From Lytechinus pictus (taxonomy: Eukaryota): 64,000 nt of DNA. Location: assembly GCF_037042905.1 (NCBI RefSeq), contig NC_087250.1, positions 23,004,001 to 23,068,000 of the forward strand, given 5' to 3'. Position 1 is the stretch's first letter; the number at the start of each line of letters is the position of its first letter. Below the pieces are notes generated by a model. The model was not told where the DNA came from and did not search any database. It saw only the letters and a program-made list of their open reading frames with translations. Made by a program: the position numbers and the translations under genes. This document shows positions 27,297 to 39,105 of this stretch, piece after piece.

Positions 27297-27880
27297 TTAT
27301 AGGACAAGTCCACCCCAACGAAAAGTTGATTCGAATAAAAAGAGAAAAATCCAAGAAACATAACTCTGAAAATTTCATCAAAATCGGAAAATTATGACAT
27401 TTTAAATTTTCGCTTAATTTCACAAAACAGTTATATGCACATCCTGATCGGTATGCAAATGAGGAAACTGATGACGTCACCCACTCACTATTTCTTTTGT
27501 ATTTTATTATATGAAATATGAAATATTCTAATTTTCTCCTCATTGTCAAGTGAAACAACGATTAGTTCCTCCCTGAACATGTGGAATTAGCATTGTTTAA
27601 TACTGTGTGGTTTAGTCAAGTTGGTCCTTATTGTCAAATCTGTAAAAAAAAAACACGAAATATTGTATAATTCAAACAATACAAAACAAAATAAATAGTG
27701 AGAGAGGGACATCATCGATTGTCTCATTTGCACGTGACCAAATTGTGCATATAACTATTTTGTGAAAAATAAGCGAAACTTAAAAATGTCATAACTTTCT
27801 TATTTTACATCCAATTTTGTTGAAATTTTCAGCTTTATGCTTCCATGATTTTTCTCTATTGATTCATATCTACATTTTTT
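27297..27880. mobile_element. Kolobok-like MITE lacking its right terminus
   Basis: Left end ttataggacaagtccaccccaac with an internal palindromic layout like 23123-23703. The expected ..ggggtggacttgtcct end is absent. Confidence 0.65.
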
Positions 27881-27984
27881 CCCTGCCAGCCCCACTTTGT
27901 GGAATAGCCTTCATGAAGACATAAAAAATGTACCTCTGTCGAAACTTTAATAATAATAATAATAATAATAGTACTACTACTACT

Positions 27985-28150
27985 CAGGGGCCGCGGAACC
28001 GGGGGGGCTTCAGCCCCCCCATTTTTTTCCAAAACCGTGTACAAAAACGTAAAAATGACCATATGATTGTGATTTTTAGCATGGTCAGCCCCCCCACTTT
28101 TGGCTCAGCCCCCCCCCCCCCCCACTTTGAAAACCGTTCCGCGGCCCCTG
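27985..28150. mobile_element. Short GC-terminal MITE inside the (TAA)n tract
   Basis: caggggccgcggaac ... gttccgcggcccctg. Related copy at ~1019-1185. Confidence 0.8.
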
Positions 28151-28206
28151 CGTATATACTACTAATAATAATGATACTGATAATAATAATAATAATAATA
28201 ATGATG

Positions 28207-28235
<29 letters not shown>

Positions 28236-28237
<2 letters not shown>

Positions 28238-31200
28238 GAAGAAGAAGAAGAGATAAAGATATGAATGTCATGGAATGTTATTATGAGAGCAGACCTGACC
28301 AGGAAAGAGGCTACATCAAGAGAATGTACAAGATCTGGCAAGAGAAGGGTCTTTTCCCAACATCAGAGCAAAGACTTGCAGATCAGGTACGTGTGATCAA
28401 AAGGAATGAGTTACTGACTGAAGTTGAGAGGGAAGGGATCAGACGAAATGTGTATGAACCTGTGAGAGATGAGCAGGAGGAAGTACTCAGACCGGGAAGA
28501 GAAGAGCAGACAGACGCAACAGCTCAATTTCAAACAGAATTGGATCCAACCACTAACAGATTGGATGAAGAGCAGGAAGAGATAAAGATGATATTATTGG
28601 AGATAAAAGAGGGGTTAACACAAGGAGAGCGCCCCACCCCTCCTAATCTGAAGGGAATACCAAGAGAGAAACTGCTGATAGAAACTCAGAAAGTCAACGA
28701 TGTTATGAAGTTTATCAGCTCAGACAGTATTGAGGATACCAACAATCTCATATATGCTGGAGCAGTTCTCGTAACAGAGAGGTTAGGTGTAAGAAAACAG
28801 GAGAACACAAGGAAGCACTGCCTACCACCATGGAAAAGGAGACTTGATAATCAGATAAAGGGATGGAGGACAGACCTATCAAGACTGACAGAGATAAACC
28901 TTGGCAAAGCAGATATCAATGATTTTAAGTACCTTGAGGAGAAGTACAGTATTAGAAGGAAAGGAAGGAAGATCGTCGTGGAGGAACTAAAACAAAGAAT
29001 AACAAGCACTACAGCAAAAGTAAAGAGGTACACCGATCGAGTGTCACAGTATAGACAGAATTCCTTGTTTGAGAACAACCAGAAGAGGTTCTACCAAGAA
29101 ATAAATGGAAAGATGAAAGACGAAGTTCCACCACCAGATCCAGCTGCAGCAATTGCCTTCTGGAGCAACATTTGGAGCCAACCACACAATCACAACCAAG
29201 AAGCTTTGTGGTTGAAAACGAAAGAGGAATGTGCAACTATAGTTGCACAGGATGATCTGACGATCAACAAAAGCAAGCTAGAAAAGATCATTCGGAAAAT
29301 GGCGCCATGGAAAGCTGCCGGTCCAGACGGTGTGCAAGCTTTCTGGGTTAAAAGGTTCACAAATCTTCATGAAAGGGTGAGCATGCAAATGAACGAGATT
29401 GTCGTGAATGGTAACCCCCCTGATTGGATGACAAAAGGAAGAACGGTTCTCATCCCAAAGGATCCTACCAAAGGCAACATCCCGTCAAACTACCGTCCAA
29501 TTACCTGCTTGCCGATTCTCTGGAAGGTACTGACTGGCATAATATCAGAAGAAATACATCAACACCTGGACGATCAAGACATACTACCATGGGAACAGAA
29601 GGGATCTAGAAAAGGAAGTAGAGGAACAAAAGAACAACTATGCATCGACAAAGGAATTATGAAAGACAGCAAGAAAAGAAAAACGAACCTCGCAATGGCA
29701 TGGATTGACTACAAGAAAGCATACGACATGGTTCCGCACTCTTGGATCATCGAGTCTATGGAAATGTTAGGGGTAGCAGACAATATCAGAAGGTTCCTCA
29801 TTACAAGTATGACGAGATGGAGAACTAAGTTGGAAAGTAATGGTGAAGTGCTTGGAGAGGTTGGTATCAAGAGAGGAATCTTTCAGGGAGATAGTCTATC
29901 TCCATTGCTGTTTGTGATGGCAATGACACCATTAACTAAGGTACTCAGAAGATCCAGGCTAGGATATGAGTTCAAGAGCAAGGCAAAAATCAACCATCTA
30001 TTATACATGGACGATTTGAAGCTGTTTGGTAAGACACGAAGTGACTTGGAGTCTCTCATCAACACTGTGCGGATCTTCAGCGAAGACATCGGTATGCAGT
30101 TTGGGTTGGATAAATGTGCAATGATTACTCTCATGAGAGGTAAGCCAGCCAATGACAACAACTTCCAGATGCCGAACGGAGAAGAGATCAGATCAATCGA
30201 AGACGGTGGTAGCTAGAAATATCTCGGAATATTAGAGGCAGATCAGTTGAAACATCAAGAAATGAAGAAGAAGATTGAGGCAGAGTATATCAGGAGAATT
30301 CGGAAGGTGCTCAAATCCAAACTAAATGCTGGAAACATGGTGAAGGCTGTTAACACTTGGGCAGTAGCCCTAGTGAGATATGCTGCTGGCATAGTTGAAT
30401 GGAACAAGCTTGAACTCGAAACCCTGGACAGGAAGACAAGGAAGTTGCTAACTATGCATGGGATGTTTCACCCAAAGTCTGATGTAGATAGACATATGTG
30501 TCAAGAGAGAAGGGAGGACGTGGTCTGGCTGGAATAGAGGAGACTGTAAGATATGAGGAACAAAGCCTATACTGCTATATTGAAGGCCAGATGGATACCA
30601 TCATGACGGCAGTCAAAGAGTCGATGAGGAAAGGAAAGGATGTGACAGCGAAACAGCTGAAGGCTGATCAAAGGAAAATGAGACTGGAAGGATGGAAAGA
30701 GAAGGTGATGCACGGGCAGCATTTAAGACAGACAGAGGAGTTTGCTGGCCCAGAGAGTTGGCAGTGGCTGAAACGAGGAAGTTTAAAGAAGGAGACGGAA
30801 AGTATGCTAGTTGCTGCTCAGGACCAAGCAATTAGAACAAATTACCGAAGAGCCAAAGTTGAAAAGGAGCATACATCTCCCTCATGTAGAATGTGTCATG
30901 ACAAAGACGAAACGGTGTCTCATCTGGTGAGTGAATGCAGCAAAATGGCACAGACAGAGTACAAAGGAAGGCACGACAGAGTAGCAGCTGCAGTTCATTG
31001 GGGTCTAGCCAAGAAGTACCATTTACCCCATGCGGAAAAATGGTACGAACATCGGGCAGAGCCTGTAGTAGAGAACGACGATGTAAAACTTTTATGGGAT
31101 TTTAATATCCAGACAGACAAGGTCATTGAAGCTAGACGACCAGACATCGTTCTCTTAAAGAAGAAGGAAAAGGAATGTCTCATCATAGATATTGCGATTC

Positions 31201-31572
31201 CGGGAGACTGCAGAGCTTGGCGTAAAGAGGAGGAAAAGATACAGAAGTATGACGATCTGGCATGGGAGCTGAGAAGGATATGGAAGGTGAAGACGAAGGT
31301 GGTACCAATAGTCATCGGAGCCTTAGGAACCGTGACAACAAGACACAGAAGCTTTCTGGCTGTTCTAGGAGTCGAGGTGTCCTTTGAAACGATACAGAAG
31401 GCAAGCTTGCTTGGAACAGCTCATATCTTACGGAAGGTCTTGAATTAGAAAGAGAAGTGAACAATGAGAAGAGGACCCATTTGATAGAATATAGAACAAT
31501 AACCCTAGATTTCTGGAAGAAGTCCGGTTGCTGTTTAATATACCAACATAACATCAAGTTGTGGACAATGGA
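28236..31572 (+). mobile_element. R4/Dong/Rex6-type non-LTR retrotransposon (RT + restriction-like endonuclease) in a (TAA)n tract, probably 5'-truncated
   Basis: Flanked by (TAA)n at 28160-28235 and 31573-31596. Short 3' UTR after the stop at 31448. Confidence 0.9.
28261..31448 (+). pseudogene. RLE retrotransposon ORF with two lesions
   Basis: VMECYY..RGYIKRM..W..EQRLADQ N-domain; RT motifs KAAGPDG, NYRPITCL, DYKKAYD, GIFQGDSLSP, YMDD; CCHC finger CRMC..ETVSHLVSEC; RHD, PD..D..K..KY endonuclease motifs. In-frame TAG at 30214-30216 and a frameshift near 30495. Confidence 0.93.
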
Positions 31573-31905
31573 AATAATAATAATAATAATAATAATGTGA
31601 CTTATAAAGCGCCAAATCCACTCTGTAGAGTGCTCAAGGCGCATAAAGAGCTAAGAGTAAAATAAGAAAGTTTTTAGAAGATTTTTGAAAGTTTCGACAG
31701 AGGTACATTTTTTATGTCTTCAGGAAGGCTATTCCACAAAGTGGGGCATGCGAAAGCAAATGATCTTTCACCCCAGGTTTTTGAAACTTTTGGAATAACA
31801 AGGAAGCCAGAAGCGGATGAGCGCAAAGACCTGCTTGGTCTGTAGTAATTGAAAAATGAAAGACTGTATTGTGGTGCTGATCCAAGAATACTATATATGA
31901 AAAGG
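31573..31905 (-). mobile_element. 3' fragment of an L2-group LINE; its (ATT)n tail is the TAA tract bordering the RLE element
   Basis: Encodes APQY..YRPSRSLRSS..LVIPK...GERSFAFACPTLWNSLP (L2-type ORF2 C-terminus). Same family as 10008-10267. Confidence 0.82.
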
Positions 31906-32122
31906 GTGACCAGAGAAAAAGGACCATCAAATAAATAAAAATGTGATTTTGGGTTTGGGCGGCCATTTTTTGGATTTTGGCCCGGCACACTTTTTTTTTC
32001 TCGGACAAAAAATATTGTCATTTCATGTTGAGATAAGCCAAAGGTAAAAGGAACACACTACAACCAAAAGCCCACTCCTAGTGCATGCTAGCTAGACGCG
32101 ATTGGTCGCTATGCGCATTTAA

Positions 32123-32703
32123 AGGGATGGTCCGGGCTGAAAATATTTATATCTCAATAAATAGAGTAAAATTCACAAAGCAAAATGCTGAAAATTTCAT
32201 CAAAATCGGATAACAAATAACAAAGTTATTGAATTTTAAAGCTTATCGTATTTTGTGAAAACAGTTATATGCACATCGTCATGAATATTCATTATAGGTG
32301 GGCTAATGATGTCACTTTCCGTTTTCTTATGTTATTACATAAAATCATAAATGTTTCATTTTTTCATACATGCGTAAATGATGTGTCACCATTATGATGA
32401 AATAAGTTGCGACAATGAATAACTAATGCACTTAATCAGTTCTCAATTAGTTGGTAATTTTTTTTTTTAATAAACCTATATAATTTCATATAATAAAATA
32501 CAAAAGAACAAGTGGAGATATGTCATCATCAGCCCACCTACTGAATATTCATAAAGACATGCCTAGAACTGTTTCACCGGAATAATGCACTTCTTCAATA
32601 ACTTTGTTATTTGTTATCCGATTTTGATCAAATTTTCAGCATTTTGCTCTGTGAATTTTACTCTATTTATTATGCTATAATATTTCCAGCCTGGACCATC
32701 CAC
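32123..32703. mobile_element. Kolobok-like MITE, same family as 23123-23703
   Basis: ttaa|agggatggtccgggctg ... cagcctggaccatccac|ttaa. Confidence 0.85.
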
Positions 32704-33274
32704 TTAAAGATACCATACGGTACCGGCATACGCGGTTTATCTGAAACTAAAATCCCTAAAATGTACTTATAATAATGGAGATCGGATCCGCGGAACGTTG
32801 AACAAGCCAACGCGAAACGGTTTCGAATAGTGGCATTGCGGATGGCAGAACTCAAAAGAGCATTTTTGAAGTGGGAAGTGACATTTTAGGTGAAAAATTT
32901 AAACCGAGCCCGAGGCCGAGGCGAGGCAGTCGGTCGACGACAGTCACCGGGGACATGCACCGGCTGCCAGTGAGTAGAACCATACTACCGGTACATGGTA
33001 TACCCAGTGGTTGTGTGTCCGGACGGGTTGGGTGTCCGGACACATGACTTTTACTCTCAATTTTGAAAAGTTTACAAGCAATGTCTTTAATTCTTTTTAG
33101 CACAGAATATAAGAAAATATTATAAAGAACAAATATTGATGGTGAAAAAAAACTATTCAACCTATATTTTTGGTTTATTCCCGAGATAAAAACGAGGCTT
33201 CATTTCTGTTATGTTAGTGTTACGTGTCCGGACACCCAACCCCCCATCCTACTATTATGAAGCTACGGCTACGG

Positions 33275-33770
33275 TAACCCAGGAAGCTTACCGTGTATTT
33301 GACCATAGTCACCGGACTAGGGTGATTTATGGTCTAAATATTTCTCCAAATGAATTGTGAAAACAGAAAGTATACAATTACCACGATTATATGGATGAAG
33401 GTCTAACGAGTGGCAGTTTCCTGACATCTGGGCACAAACTGGAACCTCAAAAAAACAAAAAGTTCTCTCCTTCTACCCCCGTCTCGATCGGCCATTTTTG
33501 TTAAAAATCGTAACAAAATGGCCGATCGAGACTGGGGTAGAGGAGAGAACTTTTCGTTTTTTTGAGGTTCCAGTCTGTGCCCAGATGTCAGGAAACTGCC
33601 ACTCGTTAGACCTTCATCCATATAATCGTGGTAATTGTATACTTTCTGTTTTCACAATTCATTTGGAGAAATATTTAGACCATAAATCACCCTAGTCCGG
33701 TGACTATGGTCAAATACACGGTAAGCTCCTGGGCTCCCGCCCGCTGCGCAGGCGGGAGCTCCCTGGGTTA
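33275..33770. mobile_element. Foldback element (near-perfect ~450-bp palindrome plus GC hairpin), 3-bp TSD, possibly Academ-like
   Basis: cgg|taacccagg ... cctgggtta|cgg. Arms ~33278-33502 and ~33509-33733 are almost exact reverse complements. Confidence 0.75.
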
Positions 33771-34240
33771 CGGCTACCGTCGAGTTTTTCGTTGACCCAC
33801 ACATAATTGCATAAACATTCATGTCATTGCCAGTGCAGTAATGAGGAGGTTGATAAAATGGACCTTGTCTTTCAAGTTTGACATGTTTGAGAAATATGTA
33901 CGTGCTGTAGTGTAAGTTAATGTTTTGTTAGGCCTACCACGGGCGAAGTTCGTGCAGGCTCCACTTCACTACCGCTCCACTACGCTCCACCTATACCCAG
34001 TTGTTGTGAGTCCGGACAGGTTGTGTGTCCGGACGATCAATTTTAGAAAGTCATTTGGAAAAATTTACAAGCGAAGTTTCATCAATTTTTAGTACAGAAT
34101 GTTAGGAAATATTATAGAGGACAAAATAGAAGATGATTACAACTATTGAATTCATATTTTTTGTGTAGGCCTAATCCAAAGAAAAAAAAGAAGGTTTCAA
34201 AAATATAATTAAAGTGTCCGGACACCGGACCCCCCATCCT

Positions 34241-34412
34241 AAAATTGGTGATTTTGGGCCAGTATCAATTTCCTCACACGTATTGCGGCCGATTTCAAAA
34301 CATCGCATGCGATCGGCAATTGCAGGCAGCGAGCGATCGCATGCGATGTTTTTAAATCGGCTGTGAGTATTACGTGTGAGGAAATTGATACTGGCCCAAA
34401 ATCACCAATTTT
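34241..34412. repeat. Short palindrome (~75-bp arms)
   Basis: aaaattggtgattttgggccagtatcaatttcctcacacgta ... tacgtgtgaggaaattgatactggcccaaaatcaccaatttt. Confidence 0.85.
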
Positions 34413-34666
34413 GAGGATAATCAGAGGATGGAAACGGAGTGAAATACGGGTGTAGAGTAAGATATTAAGCCATTCATCTTAATCCTTATATTTTTTTTCT
34501 ATAATTTTGGCGATAAACATGATTTCCATCCCACCTTTGTGACTCTGTATATCTGAAATGGTTCACGGTCCCAAAGTTCGGGTAGGTGGAGCGTAGTGTA
34601 GCGGTAGTGAAGTGGAGTGGAGCCTGCACGAACTTCGCCCGAGGTAATGTTAGGCCTAGATCTATA

Positions 34667-35484
34667 CAGTGCGTCCCAGAAAAAACGAAACCGAGATTTA
34701 TCGATGATTTATCATAACTTAAACACAAATACAATAGACAAGTGACCTACCATTGTAAAGCTTAGAATCTCCTCTTTCATCTGAAATTACTTAAATAATT
34801 TTTCATTCACGCATGAGTGAGCAAAAACAATTTGAAGAAAGGATACCAAAAACTCATTTGGCGGGGGGTATTTGAATTTCAAAAAGAAAATCACATGCCT
34901 AAAAAGTTCAATATCTGCTCTTTTATTTGATACCTTAATCACAGAAAATGGTCAAGAGGTAAAAAAGTTATGTCCCCTCGAAACAATGCTTGTATTTCCA
35001 TAATTTCATTAAATAAACGTGTTTTCACCAGTTTCCCACAGAAGCTATCGCATGGTAACAAAAGACTTAATGCATGGCTGATCGTCAACAAAACTGAGTG
35101 TCGAGGAGTTTGAACGCTAGCCTGTAAAACCTCTTCATTTTATGAAATTATTGAAATTCAAGCCTTATTTCAATTAACCAAAACTTTATTATTTCTTGAC
35201 CATTTTCTGTAATTGAGGTATCAAATTAAAGAGCAGATATTGAACTTTTTAAAAAGGTGGTTTTCTTTTTGAAACCCAGATACAGCCCGCCAAGCGACTT
35301 TTTGGTATCCCCTCTTCAAATTGTTTTTGCTCACTCATGCATGAATGAGAAACAATGTAAGTAGTATCAGATGAAAGAGGAGATTCTAAGCTTTACAATG
35401 GTAGGTCACTTATCTAATTTATTTGTGATTAAGTTATGATAAATCATCGATAAATCTCGGTTTCGTTTTTTCTGGGACGCACTG
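34667..35484. mobile_element. Tc1/mariner-type MITE with long TIRs
   Basis: ta|cagtgcgtcccagaaaaaacgaaaccgagattt ... aaatctcggtttcgttttttctgggacgcactg|ta; arms roughly 300 bp. Confidence 0.88.
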
Positions 35485-36655
35485 TATAGACCCTAAATAG
35501 TATTTTATCTATGAAAATGGAGAATCGAATGCAGGGCTGCATTCTCCATTTTCACAGATAAAAATTATTATAAGTCTAATAAGTCTAACATATTAACTCT
35601 ATTAATTAAAATAAGGACAGTCCACAGTACCACACACTAATTTTTTGTTTTTTACTCGCACCTAGCCAGGAGGCTCCTAGAGAGTAAAAATCATTTACCC
35701 TCATATGTTTACTCTCCACGGAGCCAGGGATTGCGTCCCATTCATGTGCGTGTTTACCACGAAAAAAACAAATTTTCGCCCCTGAGATTTCTACTTCTAA
35801 AACTAAGAAAAAGATCTAGCCCTATACCTAAATCATGTCAATGGGATACAACTTCATTTCCGACTTTTCTATGATATTGATTTTTTATTTAAAAAAAAAC
35901 AATTTATTAAAAAAACTAGAAAAATATTATGAAAAGATGGGGAAAACTTGCCACTGATTTCTTGATCTTGATCTTGATCTTGATTTCTCTGTCTTTCGCC
36001 AAGGCTACAGCAGGCATATCGCCCGCCAAAGCAACACAAAAATACATATACATTCGCATAAAGTAACATGAGCAGAGCTTTCGAATCCAATTTGAAGATT
36101 GGGAATGGCCCACAGAGATCGCCTCATTAATCATTGATATGTCCTATCAGTACATGTAATTTTGATGTGCTATTTTTTATTCTAATTTTATTCCTATGCT
36201 TCTTCAAAGTCAGAATATATGAGTAGGCCCTATTGACACAGATTTCAATAACTCCTTTTCTGAAGAATTTCATATTATATCAAAACAAAATTTCATAAAT
36301 AAAAGGATATGAGAGATTATGAGATACATATAGTTGAATTTGTCCAATTTATATTCCTTCTCGATCAAGTGAACTATCATGACGATCAGAGATTGTCGCT
36401 TGAACAAGTTTGATCGCCCCTCACACACAGCAAGCGAGCATGTTTCGTTTACATGTTGCTTCTCAAATATTTGTCCCATCGTAAATATTGCCACCTTTTT
36501 TATTTTTTCAAAATATATATTTTGAAAAATATTTTCAATCTCATCATAGAGACAAATCAGTATGTCTCAGCCATGTGGCGATGATGACTTTTAAAGATTT
36601 TATTCTCAGCTGCGATGTTGATTTTTTTTTCAAAAATATTTTTAATCTCGTACAG

Positions 36656-36895
36656 CTCCAGTCTGTCCCACGCTGTCACACGACGATCAGTTTTACTACA
36701 TCCTTGATGCATCCAAAGGATTCTACCCTGTCACATTGACACAATGGGAGGGACTTCAGGATATTGACGTCACATTGGAATGCAACATCGAAAACCGTGC
36801 TGGAGACACGCTTAAACTCACCCCTGGGCCTTGCATTATTACCTGTAGTGTGTCAGAATGTGACGAAGAGTTTAAGTATACCATAACGGTTATTG
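36656..36895 (+). CDS. Exon 2: divergent HYR (hyalin-repeat)/Ig-like beta-sandwich domain
   Basis: tacag/ ... G/gtaagt, 240 nt, phase 1-1, open. (A)PVCPTLSHDDQFYYILDASKGFYPVTLTQWEGLQDIDVTLECNIENRAGDTLKLTPGPCIITCSVSECDEEFKYTITVI. Exon is well supported; the HYR call rests on P-x-C-P, V..W, G..L..G and F-x-Y-T-I-T-V spacing only. Confidence 0.85.
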
Positions 36896-37199
36896 GTAAG
36901 TATACTGTGAAACGAAACGGCATGTCCGATTCTGTAAATTACAGGATAATCAGTCTTGACGTTTCGACGAGTGTGTTCTTGTCGTCTTTAGGAGGATGAG
37001 CAAAAGTTGTGCACCTCGACAGAGTGGCCTGCTTTTACAACTCTTGCTCATTCTCTGAAGACAATAAGAACACACCTGTTGAAACGTCAAGTTTGGGTTG
37101 TTCTTAAAAGAATACATGGTCCCTGTACATGGTGGTTAAGATTCATTTATTTCACATCTCTTTAAAGATAAACCAAAATACAAACAGAACAGATATTAA

Positions 37200-37784
37200 A
37201 GGGGAATGAAACCTTTGGAACAAGTAGGCTTGTGTCAAAGCAGAAAAAATCAAAGAATAAGAACAAAGAAAGTTTGAGAAAAATCTGACAAATGAGAAAG
37301 TTATGAGCATTTGAATATTGCAATCACTAATACTATGGAGATCCTCCCATTGGCAATGTGACAGGGTTGTGTGACGTCACATGTGAACAACTTTCCGTGA
37401 TGGACTATAAAATACCCCCCAAATGTCTCTTTTTGCCTTTTCTTATGGTATTCCAAACTCTTTATCCATGATGTATTCTTTGAAAATCTGTATTACATGC
37501 CCTCCTATAGAAAGAATACATGATCTACTGATAGATGTGATAAAAAGAGGCAATTAAAAGTGATATATATATACTAAAGTAATGAAGAGAGTTGTTCACA
37601 AGTGACATCACACATCTTTGTCGCATTGCCAATGTGAGGATCTCCATAGCATTAGTGATTGCAATATTCAAATGCTCATGACTTTCTCATTATTTGTCCG
37701 AATTTTCTCAAACTTTCGTCGATCTGTTTCTTTGATTTTTCTGTTTTCACACTAGCTATCTTGTTCCAAAGGTTTCATTCTCCT
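37200..37784. mobile_element. Kolobok-like MITE (second family)
   Basis: ttaa|aggggaatgaaacctttggaacaag ... cttgttccaaaggtttcattctcct|ttaa. Confidence 0.85.
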
Positions 37785-38278
37785 TTAAATGTTTAAAGTA
37801 TATGGTATAAAGACTTACATGTATTCTTGCAGCCTGCTACATAGGGTTGAACTTTTTTAATTCTTAAAAATGTATTTCTCAGTTTCATGAAATTTCCTTC
37901 TTTAGTATTCTTCTCGAGTCATATATTTGAGTCCACTGAATCTATTGTTTTCTGGTTTTGAGAGTAAATAGTGAGTCAAAGAATTGTGACTGGTAGTGCA
38001 TTTTTGGAATGTATTTTCTTAGATTTGCAATTATGACAAAAATAATTGTATACTAGTACTACATGTACCATTTGGGGTGGCCATTGGTTTTCTAAGTAGG
38101 CCTATATACCAGAAATTTTGTACTGATAAAAAAAAAATACTTCACCCTTGATATCAACTTGGGCTGTTAGTGTCACCACAAATACAAATAGGCCTACATG
38201 ATACCATTTTAGACTTTTGTAGTACTTAATTAATTTGTCACCCTGTACCATGTTATAACAGACATGCCAACCGTTCCC

Positions 38279-39105
38279 TTTTTGTCTCACCTGCATAGCA
38301 GTGTGAGACTATAGGCGCCACTTTTCCGACGGCGGCGGCGTCAACACCAAATCTTAACCGAAGGTTAAGTTTTTGAAATGACAGCATAACTTAGAAAGTA
38401 TATGGACCTAGTTCATGAAACTTGGCCATAAGGTTAATCAAGTATTACTGAACATCCTGCCTGAGTTTCATGTCACATGGCCAAGGTCAAAGGTCATTTA
38501 GGGTCAATGAACTTAGACCATGTTGGGGGAATCAACATCAAAATCTTAACCTAAGGTTAAGTTTTTTAAATGTCATCATAACTTAGAAAATATGTGGACT
38601 TAGTTCATGAAACTTGGACGAAAGGTTAGTCAAGTATCACTGAACATACTGCATGAGTTTCAGGTCACATGATCAAGGTCAAAGGTTATTTAGGGTCAAT
38701 GAACTTTGGCTGAATTTAGGGTTTCTGTTGAATTACCATCATAACTTTGAAAGTTTATGGATCTAGTTCATGAAACTTGGACATAAGAGTAATCAAGTAT
38801 CACTGAACATCCTGTGCACATTTCAGGTCACATGACCAAGGTCAAAGGTCAATGAACTTTGGCGGAATTGGGGGTATCTGTTGAATTACCATCATAACTT
38901 TGAAAGTTTATGGATCTGATTCATGAAACTTAGACATAAGAGTAATCAAGTATCACTGAACATCCTGTGCGAGTTTCAGGTCACATGATCAAGGTCAAAG
39001 GTCATGTAAGGTCAATGAACTTTGGCCATGTTGGGGGTATTTGTTGAATTACCATCATATATATATTGGTTCTTGTTCATAAAACATGGACATAAGAGTA
39101 ATACT
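38279..39105 (+). mobile_element. Interspersed repeat with internal ~120-180-bp subrepeats (Helentron/DINE-like layout)
   Basis: ttttgtctcac..gtgagacta hairpin, then (GGC)n, then tandem catgaaacttgg..aatcaagtatcactgaacatcctg..caaggtcaaaggtca units. Confidence 0.55.

Noticed and set aside
27928..28260. Poly-Asn/poly-Ile/poly-Arg N-terminus of the 762-aa ORF (looks like a TM anchor)
   Set aside because: Read-through of (TAA)n, a MITE and (AAG)n. It is not part of the retrotransposon protein.
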